Source: Camelus dromedarius
Taxonomy: Eukaryota
NCBI RefSeq assembly: GCF_036321535.1
Contig: NC_087437.1
Span: 51,524,001-51,588,000 of the forward strand
Length of the DNA: 64,000 nucleotides
Reading direction: 5' to 3'
Positions 1 through 12,200 of the stretch are shown here, piece after piece. The notes beneath the pieces were generated by a model. It made no database searches and was not told where the DNA came from. It saw only the letters and a program-made list of their open reading frames with translations. Every line of letters starts with the position of its first letter. The stretch's first letter is position 1. The position numbers were made by a program, and so were the translations under genes.

Positions 1-276
1 GAGACTTGGGTGGGAGTGGGGGAGACCAGGCAGCTGGGTCAGGAACAGGTTTCAGCCTCTGGATTTTCCCACCCCTTTCTGTGTCAGGGCAAAGTGCAGC
101 TTCCTGCTGCCAAATTGAGACAAGGCCCCTGGGCTGTTCCCAGGGGCTGTCATGGGGAGGGTACATGTGGACTGTAGAGGCTCTTGCCACGGATCTGCTC
201 CCCTTAGTTCACCAGCTTGAGTTTCTGCCCCACCCGGGTTTCCCCTCTTGCTGAATTCTGGTCTCCCCCCCTTCAG

Positions 277-3200
277 CCAGCGTTTCCCCCGGGGCAGACA
301 GCACCGGTGGTGTTCAGTACGCCTCAAGCGACACAAATGAACACGCCTTCTCAGCCCCGCCAGGTGAGGGGCTGTGGGGAGGGGAGTAAGGGGCCTGGGT
401 GGGAGCCATGTAAAGCTTAGGCCAGTTTGGGCCTAGGATGGAAACTATGAAGGCCCTGTACCTACCCAGTTTCCTGACAGTTGCTATGTGTTCTTTCATG
501 CAGCTCTGCACTTTGCACTATTGATTATTTACAGTGGATGGTCCCTTGGGGAGTACGTAGTTTGTGGGGATGGCATTACTAGGGGTCCTGGTGCCTTGAG
601 AATTGGGAGCAGTGCTTTGGGCCCCACTGCCAACTCCTGCTTCCTAGTTCCTCTTACTGGGAGGTTGCCATTGCTCCATTCCCATCCCTTCTTTCTCTTT
701 GGACTATGGCAGGATACCCTCCAGTTGGTTCTTGCCTTTCTCTGTTCTCTAAATTTTTCCTCACTAAGTGGGAGAGGATTCTTGTCCTGCTTCCTTCATC
801 CCCCCCCCCCCCATCACCTTGGGGATAATTCTCTTCTTTCCTGTCCCCATGTGCTCTCAGGGAGGATTCAGGTCTCTGCAGGTAATACCCCTTTGCTAAT
901 CGTGGACTCTCTCCTGGTCTCACCCTATCATCCACCCTAGTCAAGGACTAGACACAGGGACTGGGGGTCCTCAGGGTGGGGATTTGTTTGCGATCCAGGT
1001 CCTCAGTCTGAAGCTGATCAATGCATGTTAGGGGTAAATCTTGCAGAATGTGTACCTGGGAACTGGGAGACTGTTGCATGTTAGTGGTTAGCTTCTCAGT
1101 ACCTTAGGATGGAGTAATGCATGCTGGGGAGTATGTTGCTGAAAGAGGCTTTACTTAGGCATGATGCGTCTGGATGTTAGGAAATCTCTGCAGACGGATA
1201 GCCTGGTGGAGGTGATGTGAGTATGCATGGCAGGGAGGGAGTAAATATAGAGTGCGAAGTGTGTACCTGAATTTGGAGGGCACATGTGAGTACAAGAGGC
1301 CACTTAACCATCAGTTGGTCAAGTGGGTCTTGGAAGTGTTGGTCCCCATGCTCCGAAGCCCCTGGTACTTCTCTCCAGACTACAGACGTACTGCAATGGC
1401 CAGTTTGCTGTCCACTTTCTCCCCTTCCCAATGCCAACTGCCTTCCTCCCTCCTGACAGCACTTCTACCCTAGCCGGGCCCAGCCCCCGAGCAGTGCAGC
1501 CTCCCGAGTGCAGAGTGCAGCCCCTGCCCGCCCTGGTCCTGCTGCCCATGTCTACCCTGCTGGATCCCAAGTAATGATGATCCCTTCCCAGATCTCCTAC
1601 CCAGCCTCCCAGGGGGCCTACTACATCCCTGGACAGGTGAGGCTGGAAGCTACAGAACCTTGTATCCCTATCCTTACCTCCCCAACCCTGACCCTCTAGT
1701 CCCATCTCTTCTTGAGAGGTGGGACTTCCTTCTGGTCATTACCCAGAGTTGGCTTGTCTTGTCTTGCCTTACGTTCTCTTTGTAGTCTGTGGTATTCATA
1801 GCTCCCTCAACTCCTTTCCCCTCCTTCTCCCCCTTCCCCTCCACCAGGGACGTTCTACATATGTTGTCCCGACACAGCAGTATCCTGTGCAGCCGGGAGC
1901 CCCAAGCTTCTATCCAGGTGCAAGCCCTACAGAGTTTGGGACCTACGGTAAGCAGGGGAGGGAGTCAGGTGAGACTGTGTCCCAGGGAGCATTTAAACTT
2001 GCTTACTAATTCCTAAGACCTTTCCCAGGCTTGTCTCTTGGTCTAAAAATGATAGAGTTAAGAGATAGTAGGGATTGGTGCTTAATATGTAACTGGTACT
2101 GGGGGGTTGGTGGGAAGGGGATTTTATACCATTGCTGAGAGTTGGAGTCCTCCCCGTGTCAAGGGATATAGATTAGGCACCAGTTTGAGGGCCTGTTAAT
2201 AAATATTTCCTGTGACTCTCATTCCATGGTTGGGGGGAACCGATGTAACATGGATTTGGGAGGTTTTTGTAGCTGTTTTTCATTTATGTTCTAGGAAAGG
2301 ATTAGTCTGTTCTTTATGGCAGTGGTTTCCAAAATTTTTTGATCATCAGGAAAAATTTTGAGTATGTACCTGTAATACATGTATGCTTTTGTTTGTTTAT
2401 ATGTATGCACAATTTAAACAAATAACACTCATGTTGCTTGTCAAAAACAAACAAGTAGAGATTATGGATGAGATTAAAGAATGTATCCCATTTTGGAGAC
2501 CATTGCTTTAAGGAAGTTTTCCTCATCCTGGGCCCGGTTCATAATGTTACTTTTTGTTTCCTTGCCCCTTTAGCAAAGGGCTGGAGACTGGAACCGGACT
2601 CAGGTTGAATGGAACAGGGTTGGCAAATCTGTTTTTATCATTCCCAGCCAAAGACCTGATTCTGTTTCAGGTTAAGTAGTTGCTCTCTCAGAGTATTTGT
2701 GTATGTGTTGCTGGGGGTGGGGTGCAAACACCATACCTTATGGGGTAGAAGAAGAACAGACGTAGTCCTGGTAGCTAGTGTGTGGTGGGGAAGGAGTGCC
2801 TGCCTACAAGGGGTGTGTGTGTGTCAGTGTCAGGAATTCTTGTAAACGCAGTTCAGACTGGTTCCCCAGCTTTGATAGACACCTAGTTCCCTTGGGGAGG
2901 GAGGTGGGGCAGGGCACAGGGCCACCTGTGGGTGATGAGAGGTTCTTGGGTGGTGGGTGGGGTTCAAACAGGCATTTGTATGTGGTTGGGCCCTGACACT
3001 GCCACTGTTCTTCCTTTCTGTGTCCCACCCTCTTCTCCCCTCAAGCTGGCGCCTACTACCCAGCCCAGGGTGTGCAGCAATTTCCCACTGGTGTGGCCCC
3101 CGCCCCGGTTTTGATGAACCAGCCACCCCAGATTGCTCCCAAGAGGGAGCGGAAGACGGTGAGTAGCAGAAAGGGGCTCTAGGATATCTTGGAAAGGGAG

Positions 3201-6200
3201 AATCAAGGTCAAGCACATTGTGGGTCAGGGAGCAGGAAGTTGAGGGAGATCTTCAGGTGAGAGTAGGCAGAGAATGGGGATCTGTGAAGTGCTCAGGTTC
3301 TTTAAGGTAACTAAGATTTCAGTGTAGGAGCAGCTCACGGGAAGATTGAGGTAGCTGGTGGGGAAATTCCTGAGAGACCTTGGTTCTGGGGTCTGAAAGA
3401 TCTAAGTTTGGTTTTGGGTTTCTGGTGGCTAGCCTTGGAAATGGTTTGTTTTCTGCGGCCCCACCCCCCCACCCCCCCCAGTCCTGGAAGCTCTTGAGGC
3501 CTCCGCCTCTGCTCAATCCTCAAGCCCTGGGCGTGGTGCCCAGAATAGGGTGCCAGGGCTGGGGAAGCCGCTGAGTCACCCTGGCTCCACCCTCTGGATC
3601 TGGGCCCTGCCCCCAGAGATCAGGCAGACAAGCCACAAGTAAGCTGGATGGGTGCTAGAGGGGGGTCCTTGTCCCCAGGGTGTGCAGCCACTGCCTCGGG
3701 GACTGCTGGTGGGGCAGGGTTAAGGGAGGGAGGGGCATTGTGATGCCCGGGGCTGCTCTGTGAGGTCAGGGGTGTCTTAGGGATGGGGGCCAGGGCAGGG
3801 ACTACAAGAGCAGCTGGATGGGTTGACAGTAGAACTCATGGGGTTTCTGGCACTCACCCACCTGCTTCCTGGTGGCGGGTGGGGGGGTTGGCCTGGAGTC
3901 TTAGGAGTGGGGCAGGGTGGAGAGGTGGGCTCCTCCTGCTTCCCACTCATCCCATAGCTTTCTTTTCCCAGATCCGAATTCGAGATCCAAATCAAGGAGG
4001 GAAGGATATCACAGAGGAGATCATGTCTGGGGCCCGCACTGCCTCCACACCCACTCCTCCCCAGGTACTGTCTGTTGTTTGAGTGATGCCCTGGCTGAGA
4101 TGGCTTTTCTGTCCTGGACTCCCCAGGTTCCTTGATCTTTTCTTCAACTGAGGGATTTATTTCCCTGCTTTCCTGGATTTCTAGGCAGAGCTAAAGTAGA
4201 AATGACTCTAGTAAAGAAGGGTTGTGGGACTCTTCAGGGCAAACTTGGTAACCCTTTGTGTCCTGCAGACGGGAGGCGGTCTGGAGCCTCAGGCTAATGG
4301 GGAGACACCCCAGGTTGCTGTCATTGTCCGGCCAGGTAAGTAAGCAGATGGGGCAGAGCTTTTAATGGGGAAAGGGGTGAAACAATTTAGAATGCCAAGG
4401 AAGTGGAGCAACTTGAACCGGGTGCCAGAGAAGGCTGACTTAGGTTTTGGGTAATGGGATTTTTGAGTGAGGGTGGATTGGATTTTAGATGAGAATGGAA
4501 AAGACCTAGGTGGGAGAAGATTGTGGCAGAGCGGGAGGTGTTAGGCTGGGAATGCTTTGACTGGGAGGAGGAACAACAGCAGTGAAAGACTTGCCTTTAA
4601 TTACTCGTTCTTCCTGTGGTGCAGATGACCGGTCGCAGGGAGCAATCATTGGGGACCGGCCAGGGCTGCCTGGCCCAGAGCACAGCCCTTCAGAATCCCA
4701 GCCTTCATCACCTTCTCCGACCCCATCACCACCCCCAATCTTGGAACCGGGGTCTGAGCCTAATGTTGCAGTCCTGGGGTCTATTCCTGGGGACACTATG
4801 ACAACGGGGATGATACAGATGTCTGTAGAAGAATCAACAACCCCCATGCCCTGTGAACCTGGGGAGCCATACTGCCTCTCTCCAGAACCTGCTCCCCTTG
4901 CTGAACCCATACTGGAAGTAGAAGTGACGCTTAGCAAACAAGTTTCAGAATCTGAGTTCCCTTCCAGTCCTCTCCAGGTTGCCACCCCCCTGGCATCTCA
5001 CAAGGTGGAAATTCTTCCTGAGCCTAATGGCACGGTCCCATCTGAAGATTTGGAACCAGAGGTGGAGTCAAGCCCGGAGCTTGCCCCTCTCCCTCCCTCA
5101 GTTTGTCCTTCTGAATCCCCCATGCCTGTTGCTCCAACTGCCCAACCCGAGGAACTGCTCAATGGAGCCCCCTCGCCACCAGCTGTGGACTTAAGCCCGG
5201 TCAGTGAGCCAGAGGATCAGACCAAGGAGGTTACAGAATCAGTGGCTCCCCCTACTGTCCTAGCTGCCACTCCAGCTGTGGCTCCCCCAGCTGCTTCCCC
5301 TGCTCAGGAGGAGGATGTGGAGGAAGAGGAAGAAGAGGAAGAAGAAGGAGAAGCAGGAGAACCTGAGAGTGAGAAGGGTGGAGAGGAACCACTCCCCCCA
5401 GAGAGCACCCCTCTTCCAGCTCACCAGTCCCAGAATTTGGAGGCGGCGGCAGCCACCCAAGGTAAGGTGTGGCTGGATGGTTGAGGTGGGGCAGGTTGGA
5501 GGGTGGGGTTCTTGTTCTTCATTGGTGATGTCCCATTTGTGCCTTTGTGCCTGGGTCAGAGAAGCCCTGTAATGGAACCTAAGGGCTTTTAAGGAATTTA
5601 AATTAAAGGATTTTAAATCTAGAGACTTAAAAAGGAATTACTGTACAGTGGCTACTTTTTATTTTTCCCAGGGGTTAGGGGTATTCCTTAAATTCTTCCC
5701 ACTCCTTTTTTTTTTTTTTAATCCCCTAAATAGTGGCAGTATCTGTGCCAAAGAGGAGACGGAAGATTAAGGAGCTCAATAAGAAGGAGACTGTAGGAGA
5801 CCTTCTGGATGCTTTCAAGGAGGTAAGGGAGCAGAAAGTAGCAGAGGGAGAAGGGCAAGGTTTGAGTATGGAAGTGGTCACACTGCAACCAAAACAGAAT
5901 GTCCAATGGTTACAGGTGAACCCAGGAGTACCAGAAGTGGAAAATCAGCCTCCTGTAGGCAGTAATTCCAGCCCAGAGCCTGAGAGCACCAGTGTGCCCC
6001 CACGGCCTGAGGAGGCAGATGAGACCTGGGACTCAAAGGAAGACAAGATTCAAAATGCTGAGAACATTCAGCCCGGGGAACAGAAGTATGAATATAAGTC
6101 AGGTATGCTGTAGGAGGGGTTGAGAAGGGCTAGGTGTTCTTGTCAGGGCCTCAGGAGAGAACAGTGTGATTGCTTCATCCTGTTTTCCTTGCAGATCAGT

Positions 6201-9200
6201 GGAAGCCTCTAAACCTTGAGGAGAAAAAGCGTTATGACCGTGAGTTCCTGCTTGGCTTTCAGTTCATATTTGCCAGTATGCAGAAGCCAGAGGGATTGCC
6301 CCATATCAGTGACGTGGTGTTGGATAAGGTTGGTAGGCTTGAGGGAAAGGGGGAGTTTGGGCTGGTTGGCTGGCTTGAGGAGGAGACCGAGGTCCTGAAA
6401 GAGTGGTCAGTAGCCCTAGCCTGTTTCTGATAACCTTCCCTATCCTTTTCACAGGCCAATAAGACACCATTGCGGTCACTGGATCCTACTAGACTTCAAG
6501 GCATAAATTGTGGCCCAGACTTCACTCCGTCCTTTGCCAACCTTGGCCGACCAGCCCTTAGCAACCGTGGGCCCCCAAGGGGTGGGCCAGGTGGGGAGCT
6601 GCCCCGAGGGCCGGTGAGTGGGACTGGCAAAGGGAGTGGGGATGGTGACTCCCTGTATGTCATTATGGGGTGGGGAGAAGCCTGCCCTGGAGTGTGTGGT
6701 AGTGGTGTCACAGGTTGTGCTAACTAGTTCTGTGTCTTCTCCCCATTTCTTGCTTAGCAGGCTGGTCTGGGACCCCGGCGCTCTCAGCAGGGGCCCCGAA
6801 AGGAACCACGCAAGATTATTGCCACAGTGTCAATGACTGAAGATATAAAGCTGAACAAAGCTGAGAAGGCCTGGAAACCCAGCAGCAAGCGGACGGCAGC
6901 TGATAAGGACCGAGGGGAAGAGGATGCTGATGGTAGCAAAACCCAGGTACCTGCAAGTTGTGCTTTGGTCTCCATGTCTTCCCGAGGTCTGCCCTCTGAG
7001 CCAGCCTTACCTTCTTTGCCTCTGTCCATTCTCATCACTAGTTTCTATCTAAGTCCCCACTAACCTCTCCATCCCTCCCAGTGGCCCCTGTTCTTCTGAG
7101 AACTTCACTGGATCCTGTGTCTTCTCTGTCCCCTCTCCTCCCAGGACCTGTTCCGCAGGGTGCGCTCCATCTTGAATAAGCTGACACCCCAGATGTTCCA
7201 GCAGCTGATGAAGCAAGTGACACAGCTGGCCATCGACACTGAGGAACGCCTCAAAGGGGTCATTGACCTTATCTTCGAGAAGGCCATTTCAGAGCCCAAC
7301 TTCTCTGTGGCCTATGCCAACATGTGCCGCTGCCTCATGGCGGTTAGTTTCCACTGTTTTCTAAGTGGTCTAGCTTCTCACTTCTTTTCTTAAGACTCTG
7401 AGTCCAGCTTCTTGGTTCTCCTCCAGCCTGTGCTGTTGGTGGCAGCCAGAAGGAGGCAGAGCCAGGGCCAGAGGTCTTCCTGGGTCAGGTAGTTGGAGAC
7501 TCTTGGAGGGTTCTCTCTGCCCTGGACTGGTCTGAATGTGACATTCTCTTTGACATACAGCTGAAAGTGCCCACTACAGAAAAGCCAACAGTGACTGTGA
7601 ACTTCCGGAAACTGTTGTTGAATCGATGTCAGAAGGAGTTTGAAAAGGACAAAGATGATGATGAGGTTTTTGAGAAGAAGCAAAAAGAGATGGATGAAGC
7701 TGCTACGGTGAGAGAAAATCCCCCAATTCCACTGCCCACCCAGATGTTACTCAGCTGCAGAAGTTGGGGTGGGGATAGTGGTGTTTGAGGGGTTTCTCTG
7801 CCTTAGGACATGAGTTCTTGCTGCTAGGTTTAGAAATCTAGCTAGTGGAGGAGAGAACGGTTTTAGCCGAGTGGCTGGGTTTCTTTTTGATGTGATCCCT
7901 GTCCCATGACCGGCAGGCAGAGGAACGGGGACGCCTGAAGGAAGAGCTAGAAGAGGCTCGAGACATTGCCCGGCGGCGCTCTTTAGGGAACATAAAGTTC
8001 ATCGGGGAGTTGTTCAAACTGAAGATGTTAACGGAGGCGATAATGCACGACTGTGTGGTTAAACTACTTAAGAACCATGATGAAGAGTCCCTCGAATGCC
8101 TTTGCCGTCTGCTCACCACCATTGGCAAAGACCTGGACTTTGAAAAGGCCAAGGTAGGGGTCCTGGGATATGGGAGAGGGATATGGGAGAGCACATGTCG
8201 TATGCTGTCCACTGACAAGCACCCTCTGCAGCTGTTGTGTGTAAGTCACTGAGGCACAGTGGTGGAGCTGAGGCCTGTGGAGGGGCAGGGCCTATAGCTG
8301 AGAGGTGAGGTCTTAGAAGTTCCTGACCTGATCCCTTTGCTTTTTGCTAGCCCCGAATGGATCAGTATTTCAACCAGATGGAAAAAATCATTAAGGAAAA
8401 GAAGACTTCATCCCGGATCCGCTTTATGCTGCAAGATGTACTGGATCTGCGACGGGTATGCGTCCTCTCGTTTGCACTGTTTGTCTGCTGCCTCTGACCC
8501 CATAGCCACCAGATCCTGACACTGTTTGGCCTTCTCTGATGTAATTATCTTGTGACTGGCCTGTCCCCACAGAGCAATTGGGTGCCACGCCGAGGGGACC
8601 AGGGTCCCAAGACAATTGACCAGATCCACAAGGAGGCTGAGATGGAGGAGCATCGGGAGCACATAAAAGTGCAGCAGCTAATGGCCAAGGGCAGCGACAA
8701 GCGTCGGGGTGGCCCTCCAGGCCCACCCATCAGTGAGTTTGAAGCTGGGACTGAGGATGGACAGTGTGAGGGGTTATGCTTTCCATTGATGACTTCTTGT
8801 TAGTGCCACGTGTCTGGGCCACTGAGACCCCATGATGGAACTGAGGATCTGAGGAAAGGAGACTGAGGGCAGCCCAGGGGAACAGGGTTGCTGGGACTTA
8901 CTCATTATTCCAGTGTGCTTTCCTTTTTGTCCCAGGCCGTGGCCTTCCACTTGTGGATGATGGTGGCTGGAACACAGTCCCCATCAGCAAGGGCAGCCGC
9001 CCTATTGACACCTCACGACTTACCAAGATCACAAAGGTAGGGGTGTGTTCTTTGGAGAGGGTAATAGGAGAATAAAGGGGTCATACAGGCCTTAAGCACA
9101 GGTTTGGATCTTAGTCTCCTCACTTTCTGAGGTTGGGAAGATGACAGCTGAATTTTCTCCCTTAAGACAAACTGGTTAGATTTCTAGACAGGACTGCCAA

Positions 9201-12200
9201 CGCTAGGGGAATGTATTCGCATTGGTCTGGACCGGTGGTCAGACACTGACATGCAAACCAAATCCAGCCATTCCTTGCTTCTGTACAGCCCACAAGCTAA
9301 GGATGAAAGTTTCTGCATTTTTTAATGGTTGAACAGGATCAAAAAGTGAATGATACTGACAAATTATATAAAATTTTAATTTCAGTGTCTATAATTTTAT
9401 GGAAATATAACCTCACTAATTCCTCTAATCATTGTCTGTGATTGCTTTTGTGCTGCAGCGGCAGAGTTGAGTAGTTGAAACTGTGTGGCCTGCAAAGCTT
9501 AAAATATCTAGCCCTTTACAGGAAAAGTGTGCCAGGCCCCCAGTTTAGGCCACTTGCAGCTGTGTGTGGTGGGGGATGGCTGGGGCTTTGGCTAGGTCAG
9601 ACCCATGACTCTCCTCCGCTCCCTTTCCTTCCTCAGCCTGGCTCCATTGATTCTAACAACCAGCTTTTTGCACCTGGAGGGCGATTGAGCTGGGGCAAGG
9701 GCAGCAGTGGAGGCTCAGGAGCCAAGCCCTCTGACGCAGGTATGGAGGCCACTGTAAGGAGCTGAGTGGTTATTAATCAGTGCTCTTGAGGGCAGAGCCT
9801 TGTCTGTATAGAAGGCTCTCAGTATAGAATAGTTAGATAATATTGGCAGTGTGTACTTGGTACTAGGGAGTGAGCAACTTTAGTGTCGGGACTGGGATCA
9901 AGTGTCCTAAACTGGCCAGTAGGAAATAGAATGTAAGAAAATAAAGACTTTATTTGGGTTTTCTGCCTCCCCAGCATCAGAAGCTGCTCGTCCAGCTACT
10001 AGTACCTTGAATCGCTTCTCAGCCCTTCAACAAGCAGTTCCTACAGAAAGCACAGATAACAGACGTGTGGTACAGAGGTGAGGTTTCCTTGGTGTCTTTG
10101 TTCCTCACACTGAGAGTACTGAGTGGGTTTTGGCTGTTGCCATAGGAATTCTCACACCTGTAATGCTCAGAGCTGGCTGAGACTGGGGCATATTCCTGAT
10201 GCCAAGGACAAGGCCTGACAATTGCTCAGCATGTCGGATAGTTGACTGAGAGGGTACCTGGGCAGTTCAGGTGAGAGATAACGTGCCTGTCTTTTTTCCA
10301 GGAGTAGCTTAAGCCGAGAACGAGGTGAGAAAGCTGGGGACCGAGGAGACCGCCTAGAGCGGAGTGAACGGGGAGGTGACCGTGGGGACCGGCTTGATCG
10401 TGCACGGACACCTGCCACCAAGCGGAGCTTCAGCAAGGAAGTGGAGGAGCGGAGTAGAGAGCGGCCCTCCCAGCCTGAGGGACTGCGCAAGGCAGCAAGC
10501 CTTACAGAGGATCGGGACCGTGGGCGGGATGCTGGTAAGGGTCTGGGACGGGGAGGGTAGGGAAGGGTATGGGCTGGTTTGGGATTAGCCAGTCCCCAGA
10601 CTGTCTTCAGGGCTCCGGATCCTGTGTGCTAGGAGGACTGGAAGTGAAGAATCTCTGATCTATTTTTCTCTGCTCAGTGAAGCGAGAAGCTGCCCTGCCT
10701 CCTGTGAGCCCCCCGAAGGCAGCGCTTTCTGAAGAGGAGCTGGAGAAGAAATCCAGGGCCATCATTGAAGAATACCTCCATCTCAATGACATGAAGGTAG
10801 GCAGTGGGAGCGGTCTGAGCGCTGGTAGTGGGTGGCAAGGGGCCTGTGCTGACAGGCATGGGTGTAGGGTCTGGGCCAGACAGTAACTGCTCTCCCTCCT
10901 GTGCCCTGCGCCCCTGCAGGAGGCAGTGCAGTGCGTGCAGGAGTTGGCCTCGCCCTCGCTGCTCTTCATCTTTGTGCGGCACGGCATCGAGTCCACACTA
11001 GAGCGGAGCGCCATTGCCCGTGAGCATATGGGGCGGCTGCTGCACCAGCTGCTCTGTGCTGGGCACCTCTCCACTGCTCAGTACTACCAAGGGTATGATC
11101 AACTTCTGTGGGCCTCCTCCTTTTACATACCCACTAATTCCCCTCCTTTCTAGGACCTGTGGAACCTTGGATAAGGGTGTAGGCTCCTCTGCCATCCTGG
11201 TCAGCATTATTTGTGGCAGGGATGGGGTGAGCCACCTAAGGACAAGGAGGCTTAGCTTGAGATAATTGTCCCATATTTAGGAAATGTTCCTGAGGGGCTC
11301 CACAGTTGATCCTTTAGCCATGCCGTTGTTGCCCCAGAAGGAGGGTGGGAGTGTGTCTTTCCTAGGTGGGGTGTCTTTCGTAGGTTGACCTGACTTTGAA
11401 TTCTCTTTGCAGGCTGTATGAAATCCTGGAATTGGCTGAAGACATGGAAATTGACATCCCTCACGTGTGGCTCTACCTAGCAGAACTGGTAACGCCCATT
11501 CTGCAGGATGGTGGGGTGCCCATGGGGGAGCTGTTCAGGTAAGCCCCCCTTTGGTGGAATTCAGGGGAGGTTAAGACAGGAAGAAGAGTAGGGGTGGAGA
11601 GGGAAGAGAGCTCTGGCAGTTTAGACCCGTGGGTCTAGGGAGGGGTGTGATAGTGTGTTGAGAAGATGTGGGAGGCTATCAACACTGGACTTTTCTCTTG
11701 TAGGGAGATTACAAAACCTCTGAGACCCCTGGGCAAGGCTGCTTCCCTGTTGCTAGAGATCCTGGGGCTCCTGTGCAAAAGCATGGTGAGTGGGAGTCTT
11801 TTAAGGGTCATGTGTTGAGGGCTTCTCTTCCCACCATGCAGTTTTGGCTGTTGGTGGTAACCCTGAATAAGTTTCATGGTCCTTTTGGTGGGGTGGGGTT
11901 AATGGTGATGGTAGTGCTGTGTTGGTACTTGGGAGAGGAAATGCCGAGGCTGGCACTTTTCCCTTAGGCCAGCTCCTGTCCTGGGTTCTGGCCAAGGCTG
12001 GAGAATGGGAACCTAAGGCCCTAAGCCCCTGGTTGATTGATTCATTCATTCAGTTAGCCTCTTTTAAAACATTTACCACATACTATGCAATGGAAACACA
12101 GCAGTGAATAAAACAGTTGGGAAACAAGTTGGAAGAGAGAAAAGTAAGAAATGACAGCTTAATAAAAACAACAGTGTGAAGTAAAGTGTGAAATAAGTAG

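Noticed and set aside
7808..7825. atgagttcttg resembling the SNORD66 5' end
   Set aside because: Only an 11-nt match, with no D'/C'/D boxes at the expected spacing.
10266..10277. Strong donor-like cag|gtgaga
   Set aside because: Only 31 nt from the next acceptor, too short for an intron.
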